Origin: Macrostomum lignano
Taxonomy: Eukaryota
Length of the DNA: 64,000 bases
Assembly (NCBI GenBank): GCA_002269645.1
Contig: NIVC01001109.1
Coordinates: forward strand, 1 to 64,000
Direction of reading: 5' to 3'
In this document: one piece after another, positions 47,101 to 59,039 of the stretch
Numbering within the stretch: position 1 is the first letter of the stretch
Layout of the letters: the number at the start of each line of letters is the position of its first letter
The notes under the pieces: generated by a model
The model's input: only the letters and a program-made list of their open reading frames with translations
What the model was told of the DNA's origin: nothing
The model's database searches: none
Position numbers and translations under genes: made by a program

Positions 47101-50100
47101 CGGGACGCCGATCCTTCAAAGCAACCGGATGTCTACGAGTTCAACAGAGTGGTGTTCGGCGTCACCAGCTCTCCTTTCTTGGCACAGTTCGTTACCCGCT
47201 GCCATGCTGAAAAGTTAAAAGGTGAGCTTCCAGAGGCGGCCGAGACAGTACTGCACTCTACCTATATGGATGACAGCCTGGACTCCGCGCCCACCGAGGC
47301 AGCCGCGTGCAGGCTGTACGATCAGCTCAGCGAGCTCTGGAGGCGCGCCGGCATGCACGCGCGCAAGTGGGTCTCGAACTCGAGAGCTGTGCTCGATAGA
47401 ATCCCACCTGAAGACCGTGCAGCAGAAGTTACCTTGGACAGCAAAGAACTACCAAGCACCAAGACACTGGGTGTCACGTGGCAGAGTGAGCAGGACGAAT
47501 TTACCTTTAAAGATGAAAACGAGTCGCGTCAGGTGACCACAAAAAGAGGTCTGCTGAAGAAGCTAGCGAGCGTTTTTGATCCACTTGGACTGATCTCTCC
47601 ATTTGTCGTGCAGGCGAAGATTTTGATGCAGGAGCTTTGGCAGACAGGTCTTGATTGGGATGAACCGCTGAATGCAGAACTTGGTGCGAGAGTGAGCGCC
47701 TGGTGCATTGACCTGAAGCATTTAAGCGAGATTCGGCTTTCCAGGGCGCTTGAAGGAGAAAATTCCCTGTCGGGTAGTCTGCACGTGTTCGTTGACGCAT
47801 CCGAGAAAGCTTACGGAGCTGTATGCTACTGGAGAAGTGAAACGGCAACTGACGGTGAACGTTCCGTTCGACTTATCATCTCGAAGACTCGAATAGCTCC
47901 AATCACAACCATGAGTACACCGAGGTTGGAGCTGATGGCAGCAGTTCTGGGAGTCCAACTCGCAAGCAAAGTCCTCAGTTTCTCTTAGAAGAGGCAGAGA
48001 ATTGGCCAAAGAACAAAGTGCAGGTTCCTGAGCAGGTGGAAGAGAGACGCAGATGCGAGAATCAGTCGCCGGCCGGTAAGAGCCAGAGAACGTATGTCAC
48101 CGATGTGCTAGAGCGCAATCATCGACTGGAGCCAGAGCGCTTCTCCAGCTGGATCAGAGCTGTCCGTGTTCACGCTTGGGTGGCCAGGTTCGCTAACAAC
48201 TGCCGTTTGATGAAGGAGCACCGAGATACTGGCGAGCTATCACCAGCAAAGATTGAAGCAGCTGAATCGAAGATCATCCAGAGAGCCCAGCAAGAAACGT
48301 TTGCGGAAGAGATCGCTTGTCTGCGAGCAGGAAAGCAGTTGCCGGGACGCAGTGTGATTTCTAACTTGAACCCGAAGCTCGACGTCAACGACCTGCTTCG
48401 CGCTGATGGGAGACTAAAGTTCGCCGATGTGCTACCGTTTAGCGCTCGATTTCCCATCATTCTGCCAAGATCACACCGCGTGACGGAGCTCATCGTGAAG
48501 CATCACCACGAAAGTGTCCAACATCTAGGCACAAACCAAACTCTGGTGGCACTGTCAAACCGATTTTGGATCGTCTCGGCCAGAGAAGCCATCAAGTCTT
48601 GGGAAGCAAAGTGCGCCGAATGTCGCCGACGGAAAGCCAGACCAGCCAGCCAGATTATGGCCCCCTTGCCCGCTTGCCGATTCAAGGAGCCGCTTCGTGC
48701 CTTCGCTCGGGTCGCTGTCGACTTTGCCGGTCCATTCATCACCAAGCAGGGCCGTGGCAAGGCTCGGCAGAAAAGGTACCTGGCATTGTTCACCTGCTTG
48801 GCAACGCGAGCTGTACATCTGGAAGTGGCATTCGCATGGATACCGATTCCTTCCTACGGACTCTACAGCGGATGATCAGTCGACGAGGCCAACCGATCGA
48901 GCTGTTCTCGGACAACGGCACGAACTTCGTCGGTGCGGCGCGCGAGCTTCGAGAACTAGTCGACGTCTTGGGTACCCAGAAGCTTCAACAGCGAACGGCT
49001 TCTCAGCAGTTGCGATGGCATTTCAACCCGCCCGCTGCGCCGCACTTCGGTGGGGTGCACGAAATCATGATCAAAGCAGCGAAGAAGGCAATCTGGGCAA
49101 TTCTGAAGGAGGCGGACGTCACGGATGAGGAGCTGCTAAGCGCGTTTGCTGGAGCGGAGGCACTTCTGAATTCAAGGCCGTTGACGTACCAGACGGCGCA
49201 TCCGAGTGATGATGTGCCGCTGACGCCGAATCACTTCCTCATCGGGCAAGTCGGCGGGAAGTTTGCACCGGAGGTCGACGCTGCCATCGCCCGCAGTCCT
49301 TCAAGAAGATGGCGTCACGTCCAGCAGCTGGTGTCGCAGATCTGGCGCCGGTGGTTGCGCGAGTGGCTGCCGGGACTCGCACCGCGGAGCAAGTGGCGCC
49401 GCGAGCTGCCTGACCTACAACCTGGAGACGTGGCGCTGCTGGTGAGCCCCGACTCGCCTCGGGGTCACTGGCCGCTGGCTCGCGTGCTGGACGTCATGCG
49501 CGGTCCTGACGGTCACGTGAGAGTCGCCTCAATCAGAGTCGGTGATCGCACAATGACGAGACCAATAACAAAGTCTGCAGGTTAGTTTGCGAACCTTTGC
49601 TAGAGAATTAGACTTTGTCAGGTTTTGCAAATTTTCTGATGAGTTTTTCAATTTTCCTGTTTTTTGCATTGTTCGTTTTGTCTTTTTTCTCTTCCGTGCT
49701 AATAGGATTCACCTTGTTTTGCAGTCATAACCCAATTTTCGTTTTCAGTGTTCAACGCGATTAACATTCATTATTTAGTTATTTATTTTCTTGCGTGAAT
49801 TTTTGCTGAACAGCAGTCGTTACGGTTTATTGAATTTGTCGGCAAGTTTGTCTTTTGCGCTTTTTTGAGTTTTTTACGAGCGATGTTGGCATTCTTTGAG
49901 TTCTACTTATTGCTGATTTTGTTCGCTTATAAGTACTACAGTTTTTGCACTAGTTACGACCTTTTGATAGTCCAATGCTTACAATTATTGTTTCAGTTTT
50001 TGTTTCAGTTGCGTTTGGTGGCGGAAGTCTGCGTTCGTAATCAATTTTGAATTTTTCTTGATAGCTGACGTACTTTTGCAAAATTTTCGATTGTCATCAA

Positions 50101-50585
50101 CGATCTGCGTATTTATCTTCATCTTTTGCTCTAATTTTCTACCATTCACAATGTCGCCATCAATGTTTCATGCAACGTTTGCTTGTTTGCTTTTGCATTT
50201 GATTTTGCATAATGCATAATTTTCGAATACTTTTCTAAGATTCGTTTTTTTTTCATCCCGTCATCCCTCGAATAGTTTTTTGTCATTGTTATGCCAAGGT
50301 GGGGGGTATGTTTGGGAGGTAGATTATTAACTTATTGATTTTCTTTCCATTGCATGATTTAATGTACTGCTTTATTCAGTTCGCTATGTACGCTGGTCTA
50401 GCCCAGGCCCATTTCACCCACCCCCACCGCTGGCTGATATTCTGGCTGACTGCAAATAAATATATCATCGAGAGGGCTTGCGAGCCCTGTGTACGGTTTA
50501 CGTTTTTCGTTTTGTTAGCGTCTCGCTTGAGCCTCAGCTCCAAAATAGTTTGGCGGACCATCGGTCTCTTCATTTCTACAGTACA
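44133..50585 (+). mobile_element. BEL/Pao LTR retrotransposon with both LTRs (44133-44409, 50309-50585), PBS, PPT and TAGGT TSD; gag-pol disrupted
   Basis: 277-bp TG...CA LTRs differing at one position by eye; PBS TGGTAGCAGAGCG (initiator-Met-like); G-rich PPT; TSD TAGGT at 44128-44132 and 50586-50590; IPTFSGE, LLDDAST, YMDD, VDASEKAYGAV, DFAGP, SDNGTNF. Confidence 0.95.
44478..49585 (+). pseudogene. BEL/Pao gag-protease-RT-RNase H-integrase polyprotein, broken into five ORF pieces
   Basis: ORFs 44478-45662, 45550-46662, 46714-47988, 48018-48875, 48566-49585; in-frame TAG at 46660; deletion in the RNase H C-terminus. Confidence 0.9.
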
Positions 50586-52863
50586 TAGGTTGCAATTGCT
50601 AGTCTCTACAGAAGTTACATTTGTTACAAATGTTACATTTTTAAAACTAAACAAGAAATACTTTACCAAATCATTTTTGTCACACAAATTGCATCTGTTG
50701 TCGATTTCCACTAAAACTCGCAATCGATCAATTAATAAACAAATTTTCTACGAAAAAACTGTTACATTTGCAAAATCATGTCAATACTACTAATATAAAT
50801 TAGTACTAAATTGTAATTTAGAAAAAAAAGAAATGAAAACGGACAGTAAATTCAACAATTCTTTTTTGAGTTGGATCTGATTAATTTTTTTGCAACTCAT
50901 CAGTGTCCTGCTGTTCTGCCTGGATGAATGCAATTAAGCAAGATGTTTTCAAAAGCTTTTCCTGCTAAAGTTTGGTCGCGTTCAGTTGCTTTTTCAGGTA
51001 CTACACTTTTTCATGCTATGTGGGATGAAAAAGTTTAAACAAATTTTTGCTGAACTGGAATGAAAGCTCCGAGAAATTCCAAAAATTATCTGGGAGCTGC
51101 TTATTTTGAAATTTAATATCTTTTTTACACAAATTAACCAGCATTGTACTAATTTTTTGCTTTTTAATGATTGCAACATGTACAGGCGTTACTCTGTCAT
51201 AGTAATAATTTAATCTCTCTCTGTGACGTAGCGAGTTCGAGATGTAGTCAGCGATTATTTAATTAATTAATTATTTATTTATTTATTAGTTAGCTAGTTC
51301 AATTATTAGTAGTGTTGGCACGCAGGGAACGAGACAAAACGCCGAGTTGAGGAGAGTACAAAAACGAGCGCGAGGCAACAATTTAAATTGGCGGGGAAAT
51401 CCGATTCATTTAAACCTAAGATGTCTATCAAAAAAGTAATAATAACTTGGACTTAAATAAATAAAACTTTAAAACTTCTAAATAAATTAAATTAAATTAA
51501 TAGCTGGGGAACCTGCAAATTAATCAACTACAATAATTTTAAGTAATAAAAACTCAGATAGAAACTAAAAATTTAAGATGCTAATGACGTCGTCACACTC
51601 TCACTCGATTTCACTACTAGCTAGCTATTGATTAAACTGTCCTTGTCCCATATCGATGCTAATTCAATTCTTCCCACGTACTCAGCTTATTCTCTCAGCA
51701 ACAATCAAAAGCTATAGCTATTCAAAAAGTCCAAAAAGTCCAAAAGTATTTATTTACAGATACTGTGTACCTAACCTTGTGCATACTGTATGTGACTAGC
51801 TATATAATATACGTTAAAGTTTTTTCTTATATGCTTTGACAGTACAGATGAAAATGCGTTACCAAATTGACTAAATAAAACTTGTCGAAATAAAATACTG
51901 AATGATGCCTGTCCAATTTAATTCTGAGCTCTGCCTCAGTAGTTCCTTAGCTACTTTTAGCCATAGACAATTGAGAGTGAATTAACTATAGGAACTGTCT
52001 GGAAATACACTGCTGTGGCTAAATTCGATGTTGGCTTAATAGAATAGAAATTGAAATCGTGCCTAGTTTCGTTTGGGCCACGAACGATTGCATCGACGGA
52101 AATTGTGAACTAAGTACATTTTTGCGCGCCTTTTAGGCATCGAAACAGGAATACAACAGATTGCTTATCTGCGAATAGTCTATGGTCAAGCCGCCACCCA
52201 TCTTTGGATATTCCCAACGGGTTATATTTTGATATACCCATTTGCAGATGAGCAATCTGTATATTCCTGTATCAATTCGTTTGCGAGGATATTTTTTACA
52301 CTCATCGTTACACGTAACACTCACATCGGCCGAATTGCATGGTTTGTTCCGCATGGGATCCTCGGGGCAAGCCTCTTCTTCGCTTGGCAGTGGTGGCAGA
52401 GCATCATCGTTACCGCATTCAATGAATCAGATGAACTCCATCAACTCTTCGTCATTCGCCTCGTCGCGTTCACCCATACTCTAGTCGCTGAGAAAGTTGA
52501 CCTCATTTCCATTCAAGCCGTCAATGCTTTCAATCGGCAAATTCGACCAATTTATCATTCGTATGAGTGGAATGAATAGAGATTAGGGCAAACAGAAGAA
52601 ATAGGAACATGCATCCTCTGCTGCAGAGTTCCAGCTTATAAGACCACAACTTCATTTAACATGTTTCGTCTATGGTAATTTCAGACTGCTACGCTTAACT
52701 TTTTGTTCCAGACGTTTAGTCTATGGCCATCATGTGGCTTGCGCCAAGTGGAAAATGCCTATGACACAAATCCCTAGAATCACTTAGTGAACAATTCCCG
52801 TCTGGGAAGTTGTGTCCTAGCCGTTTTGAATTGGTTTTTGGACGAAAATAGACACAATTCCAC

Positions 52864-52967
52864 TATCGAGAGGTCACGCTTCACACACAACTGCCATAGC
52901 GTCGAGGACTACCAGCCTACCGGCTTCGACGCTATGGCAGTTGTGTGTGAAGCGTGACCTCTCGATA
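52864..52967. repeat. 42-bp perfect inverted repeat with a 20-nt loop
   Basis: 52864-52905 is the exact reverse complement of 52926-52967. Confidence 0.95.
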
Positions 52968-54394
52968 ATCATACATTGTGTTCTAAAAGTAAGAATGGAA
53001 TGACTTATTAAAGATGTCTAAGTTATATATCGGGTTTGTTAAAATAGACTAAGAATTGAAAGGTGAATAATTATAATTTGTCAGCACTATGACTATGAAC
53101 TGTTAAAACAGATGAATCGTTAAGTAAAACGGACTGCTGTGGCAGAGAAATCTTAGCAAATGGACTGCAAGTAAATAAAGCAAACTTAAAACGCAGTACT
53201 CAAAAAACTTGTTCGGACTGTTTTGCTCTCTGTTGGATTTGCTGCCTCCGTCTGTGGACCAACTTTCAAATCGAATGAGACTTTCTCTGCAACACGCAAT
53301 ATATCACACAACTGAACTGAACAGACTTTGCTGACAACCAAACTCTGGTGATTCTGCGATTCACCCCTAGCCTCAAGGCCTCAAGTAGTTACCGGGCCAA
53401 ACGGTTAAGCTTAATGGCCGAATGGGACGTCAAGTTAGGATTGATTGACGCACACTTAAACTCTAGCGCCATTTCACAAATATTTCTCAAACCATCAGCT
53501 TCGATACCTGACCAGTTCAAAGACGCTGCTGGTACATGTATGTGAATGGATAGCTGACCATGACGCCAAGCTATTGCAAGCACTACAGCCCAAATATTGG
53601 AAAATAATTATGGTGCGTAGTTATAGGCCAAAAAATTATGGGCCAAATATTTTTAGCCACGGCTGAGGGGGGGCATGGCCCCCTTGGCCACCCCCTTTGA
53701 TCCGCCTCTGCTGGGAGGGCTCAGATCTGCTCAGAGATGTTAAAATCTATTATTACATATCATACATGTACGGCTAATAAAAATGATAATTATGAGGATT
53801 CAGCAAAGAAAACAGCAAAAATTCCTTCAAAGCTGCAGAAAAGTTCCGGCTACGGTTCTGATAGACGATCCAAACCGCTGATTCAGCAAAAACTCAATTT
53901 TAGCCTCCACAAATTGTACTGTACATGAAACACAGCACTGACTGAAGAAAACATTTCATTATTGACTAACAAAGTCGTTAATATGAGGCTGCTCTTCTTT
54001 AAAACGTTTTTAAAGTTACTCATTCATCCTACTGCTTCTTCTTCATTAAGTCTCAACGTTGTTAATTGTAAGTGCAAGCTGGAATTGACGCAAAATAACT
54101 AGCATCTCTATTTTGCAGTGTATTTTGGATAGTTATAGTCGTTAGTTGAAGAACAAACTAGATAGATGCAACTACAGAAAGGAAAAAGAGTAGAATGTAC
54201 TCAAAAGAGATTCTTTCAAACTTAGTATAGAAAGGGTCATATTTCTGTTCTTGATTCTTGAAGTTGGTAATTGTTAATTCAACGTATATATAAGAATAAC
54301 TCAGTTTAGTAAATATTTTTGCTCATAAGTTTGCTAATCGCTGACAATCAAGTCGTGAAATCAGCCGCAGTTGAGACCCGACCGTCGATCCTGC

Positions 54395-55132
54395 TCAGGG
54401 CAGAGAAAACTTCACCCAGTCGGCGCTCGTCTCGATCTCCTCCTCCACCTGAGCGTCGGTGAACAGCAGAAGACGGCAGGTTCTCAGCTTGCTGTTGTAC
54501 AGCACGTGTCTGCAGTTGCCAGCACGCATGCCGGCCGCAACGCAGTGCATTGAGTTCTTCACCTGCAGCAGGTCAGTGTGGCAGTACTCCGAGCTCTCAT
54601 GGTAGATGCTGCGCTTGAACTCCGTCAGCTGCCAATTGGCATGAGTTGGTGGTGGCAGCGGGTCGACTGTCGGACTCGGAGTCCACTCGCACGCCAGTCC
54701 GAACTTCTCCGAGCACTTTCGGTTGGCGATTTTGCCAGAGACAAGAGTGACACAGTTTTCAACCGCACCGAAATTTGGATCATTATTGTTCCATATGGTA
54801 TCGTTCAAAGGCAGGATGCCGTTTCCGTTAATGCGCTGCCAGCCCGACTTGCTGGAGCCTCTCTCATCGGCCAGGTCGGTCACTCCGAGCCACACAATGC
54901 AGAAACAGTCAAGAATCGGCATGCCACTTAGCAGCAGAATCGACTCGAACGAGTTGACGAGCTCACCTCCGATTGACGCGCACTTCTGATAAGCCGAGCA
55001 CCAGGTGTGCTTCTTCGATGTGCTCACGAACAGGCATTTGTCACCTTCCAGGCTAAACGGATCAGGGCACGTCTGCGCCCAGACTGACACCAGCTGTTTG
55101 ATGATTAAAAAAGTTAAAATTTGCGTCTTCAT
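54395..55132 (-). CDS. Secreted C-type lectin + PAN-like protein, copy 2 (245 aa)
   Basis: Nearly identical to 16277-17020 except for the signal peptide. Confidence 0.85.
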   Translation of the reverse strand: MKTQILTFLIIKQLVSVWAQTCPDPFSLEGDKCLFVSTSKKHTWCSAYQKCASIGGELVNSFESILLLSGMPILDCFCIVWLGVTDLADERGSSKSGWQRINGNGILPLNDTIWNNNDPNFGAVENCVTLVSGKIANRKCSEKFGLACEWTPSPTVDPLPPPTHANWQLTEFKRSIYHESSEYCHTDLLQVKNSMHCVAAGMRAGNCRHVLYNSKLRTCRLLLFTDAQVEEEIETSADWVKFSLP

Positions 55133-56689
55133 GATTGTTTTGTTTGTTTATGCTCTGATTATTTACTATCCCTTGGACGAAGTTTAACACTGTTGAATGG
55201 CTGTTGATAAACGATTACCTAGGGGTTGCGGCTGAATTTAAATAGGAATCTTCACGTCTGATCTGATTAGCTGACTTGTGAACACTTTTATGATTTGATC
55301 TACGAAGGCTAGCGACTCGCATTGGCTGCCTTCCGAAGCGCTCAGTAGCTAACATAGGAGCGCAAAAAAGGGGTTGCATTACTGCAGTATTCAACCACTA
55401 ATAGACGGTGACAAATATTCTAGAAAGACAGACTTGTACTAAGGCCACAAAAGTTACACAGAATGCCGAATCCAACAATTACCATGAAGCTGAATTAAGC
55501 ATCGAACAGCTAATAATACATAGCTCAATAAGATACCAAGAGCAGTTACAAAACCTAACCTACATCGACGATTTATGCAAAAAGGTTAGTCCGTTTCTAT
55601 TGAAGGTCACAGAAGTTCAGTCATAAAACAGCATTTATTCGTATCATCAAACACTGGGTTTTTGATCCTCCACCTTTTCAGAACTAAAACAGCTCTCAAT
55701 TCGACAAAGTTGCAATCAAAAAAGATTCTCAATAAAGACGCGTGATTTGGGATGTAAAATTGTGGAATACTCATCTCCTACGGTGTGACGGGGAATCGAT
55801 GTAGGTATAATGCACCACGTAAGTCTGAGGACTATAGTTATGGTTGAGCGAGCGTCAGACAATAGGAAAGGTGGTACTGCTGCTGACTTACCGGAGATTA
55901 CACTTCCTTGTGTCTATGCTGCTCGCCCTTGGCCCGAACAATATACATATAGTCATGTAATCTTGCAGTATAAACGCTGCCCGCCTGAGGAACGTTTCCA
56001 AACGTTTCCAGGAAGTTCCAGAGTTACTTGTAGACGTAATCCTACGTGTATATGCTATGAAAAGTGAATTATCGATTAAAATTTTTTATGGGGAAATCTG
56101 CTTGTCAATAATCATAGTCTACATAAATTATTTGACCAATATCGATAAAATTTTCATATTTTTCACTGTACCTCATGCCAAATTGCAAGTTGCCATCAGA
56201 ATCAGTAGGGTTGAGCAGGGTAAACGTGATTTTGGGTAATTCAGATAGTTTAAAATTTGCCAAAAGTACATTTAAAAATAGAAAAGTATATACGCTTTGA
56301 GTACGGGATGTTTGCACTATAGTCGAATAATAGCAGTCTTATAGGCAAAGTCTCCATCGTTTTTCGTTGGTACTTTAAACCGTGGCCCTGCCCAGCCGCC
56401 AGAGGGCTGGGTTGTTCCAAGCGGTGGTCGACACCGTCCTGTTTTACAACGCCGAGACCCTTTGACGCTGACAAACTCGCTAGAACAGCACCCTTGCCGA
56501 ATGGGGTCTGGCCATAGACAATTTTGGGCGTGAGAAATCTGTGCTAAAAATTGATTTCTCTCTAAAGCATACTATATGTACCGGTAAATGCACTTGCGGT
56601 GGGACAACTGTACGTACGTTTCCTACAGGCCTCCGGCTCATTTCTTAGTATATTGAGTAGCGTCCCTGTACTTACCATCCGCCTCATGG

Positions 56690-56945
56690 ACACCGGACGA
56701 GAGACCATCCACCTCATGAACACCTGGACGAGAGACCATCCACCTCGTGGACTCCCGGACGAGAGACCATCCACCTCATGAACACCCGGACGAGAGACCA
56801 TCCACCTCATGAACACCCGGACGAGAGACCATCCACCTCATGAACACCCGGACGAGAGATCATCCACCTCTGGATCCCCGGACGAAAGACCATCCACCTC
56901 ATGGACCCCAGGAAAAGAGACCATCCACCTCTGGACCCCTGACGA
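56690..56945. repeat. ~31-bp minisatellite CATGAACACCCGGACGAGAGACCATCCACCT
   Basis: Direct reading. Confidence 0.85.
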
Positions 56946-58190
56946 GAAACCATGTCCACCTCCTGGACTCTCTGGAGGGGGTTAGCTTGAATGAACGACG
57001 ACGGCTCCCTGCTGTATCCGGGTGTCAAACAGCCTTTCTGCCTCATGACACATCTACACGTATCATTTAAAATTCGATATTCTCTTTGTACATTTCTTAA
57101 CGGACGCTTTTTCAAGTAGTAAGCTACGCGCATAAACACCAACTGTAGCTAAATCTTAATTTTTCGAAATATTTTTTGAAAGGCTGCAACACATCAAATA
57201 CGTGTCCGTAGCAATCCGATTCCCTAGAGTAACTGACTGTAGCTTAGCATTGCAACCCCTCAAGCACGCTTCATTCACGGCTCATTTAGCCCGCGAACTC
57301 TCGAGCTCTGCTGGGGCAAGGAAGACGTTTGAACGAACGAAGTCTTGGCACAAGTTTTATCCTGTCCGGCTGCTAAAAAGGTACTATATAATTTATTCTT
57401 CCCAATAAGCTGCGAGTTGGCAAATGCACACACACACAGAGAGAGACGCAAGCATGGAAATTATTAGAAAAAATACACTTGACCTAACCCTAGCCTAGCA
57501 ACTGTATGCAGCCTTATACTGTTCTCAGCAGTTGGAGCTCTTTTAGTTCAAACAGTCTTTGACTGCAAGCTAAGGTGGAGTTAAGCGAATCTCGTTTGAG
57601 CTGGCTGAGCCAAGCTGCCAACTGCAATTAGAATCTGAATTAAGACAGCATTAACTAACTAACCTAGCCCGAGATCAGAAGCCACTCCCAGTGTTAGGGT
57701 CGGGTTCTGAAAGTTCTCAGGCAGTTCTCTTTCTGGAACAGCTCTGGATGACATTCATTTAACAAAAATCAAAAGACTAATCCTGACTGGAAGGATTATG
57801 CAACAAGGAATGATGATCTTGACCTGGTACGAGTATTAGCTAAAGAAAGCTTCCGAGTCCGAGTCCGAGTACTAGCTGTAAGCTTCAATTTCTTTTGGAA
57901 TAAAATGGACACTTTCAGCGTGAGAATGCGTGGCTGTCTTCTGATTTGATTTATCTGCAGATCCGGAAATGTGACTCAGTGCGTTTCGTAAAATCTGAAC
58001 TGTCTCACCCACCGTTGAATCCAAAATAGCATTACTGTTCCAAGACACTTCACGGGACTGCTACTTCCTGTCTGACCCAACTCTTAAAAGCTACTTTAGA
58101 TTGGATTTGCTTTCGATAACAGAGATAATAGTGAAGAAAGTGTTCTCTGAACCACTTTCCATTTAACAATGGTACTGCGGTCGCACGGCC

Positions 58191-58636
<446 letters not shown>

Positions 58637-59039
58637 CCTCAGCTGACCAATGGACTCAAGCGGCAGCACGGCACCCAATGAGCGGTGCCGCCCAGTCCGT
58701 CACTGCATTTGTGTCTTGCCGTGCAGTTGGTGACAAGAGGCCAAGTTTCTGACCAGCATCGGAGCTCTTTTTTTTAGTCACCCGTATTTATTCACCTTCA
58801 TCCCCGATTACGACTCGAGCTCTGCATAAGTGAGCGCCCGCTGAACAGAGAGAAACACGAAGGGAATACTCATCAAAGACAGGAAGATTTCCCCCATCAA
58901 TCCCCTCCCTCAGCCCGTATATCAAGCGAGAGAAAAAACACAGCGGGAGGAGCAGCCAAGGTAAAAAAGTGCCCGTAAATACTTCCTGTTTAGCTTGAGC
59001 CGGATTGTCTCCGTAGCCGGCTAGAGCTGTATCACAATC

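Noticed and set aside
53665-53712. GGGGGGCATGGCCCCC...TGATCCGCCTCTG, like a MITE terminal inverted repeat
   Set aside because: No partner end or TSD found in the window
55400-55630. LTYIDDL resembling an RT YxDD motif
   Set aside because: No other RT motifs nearby
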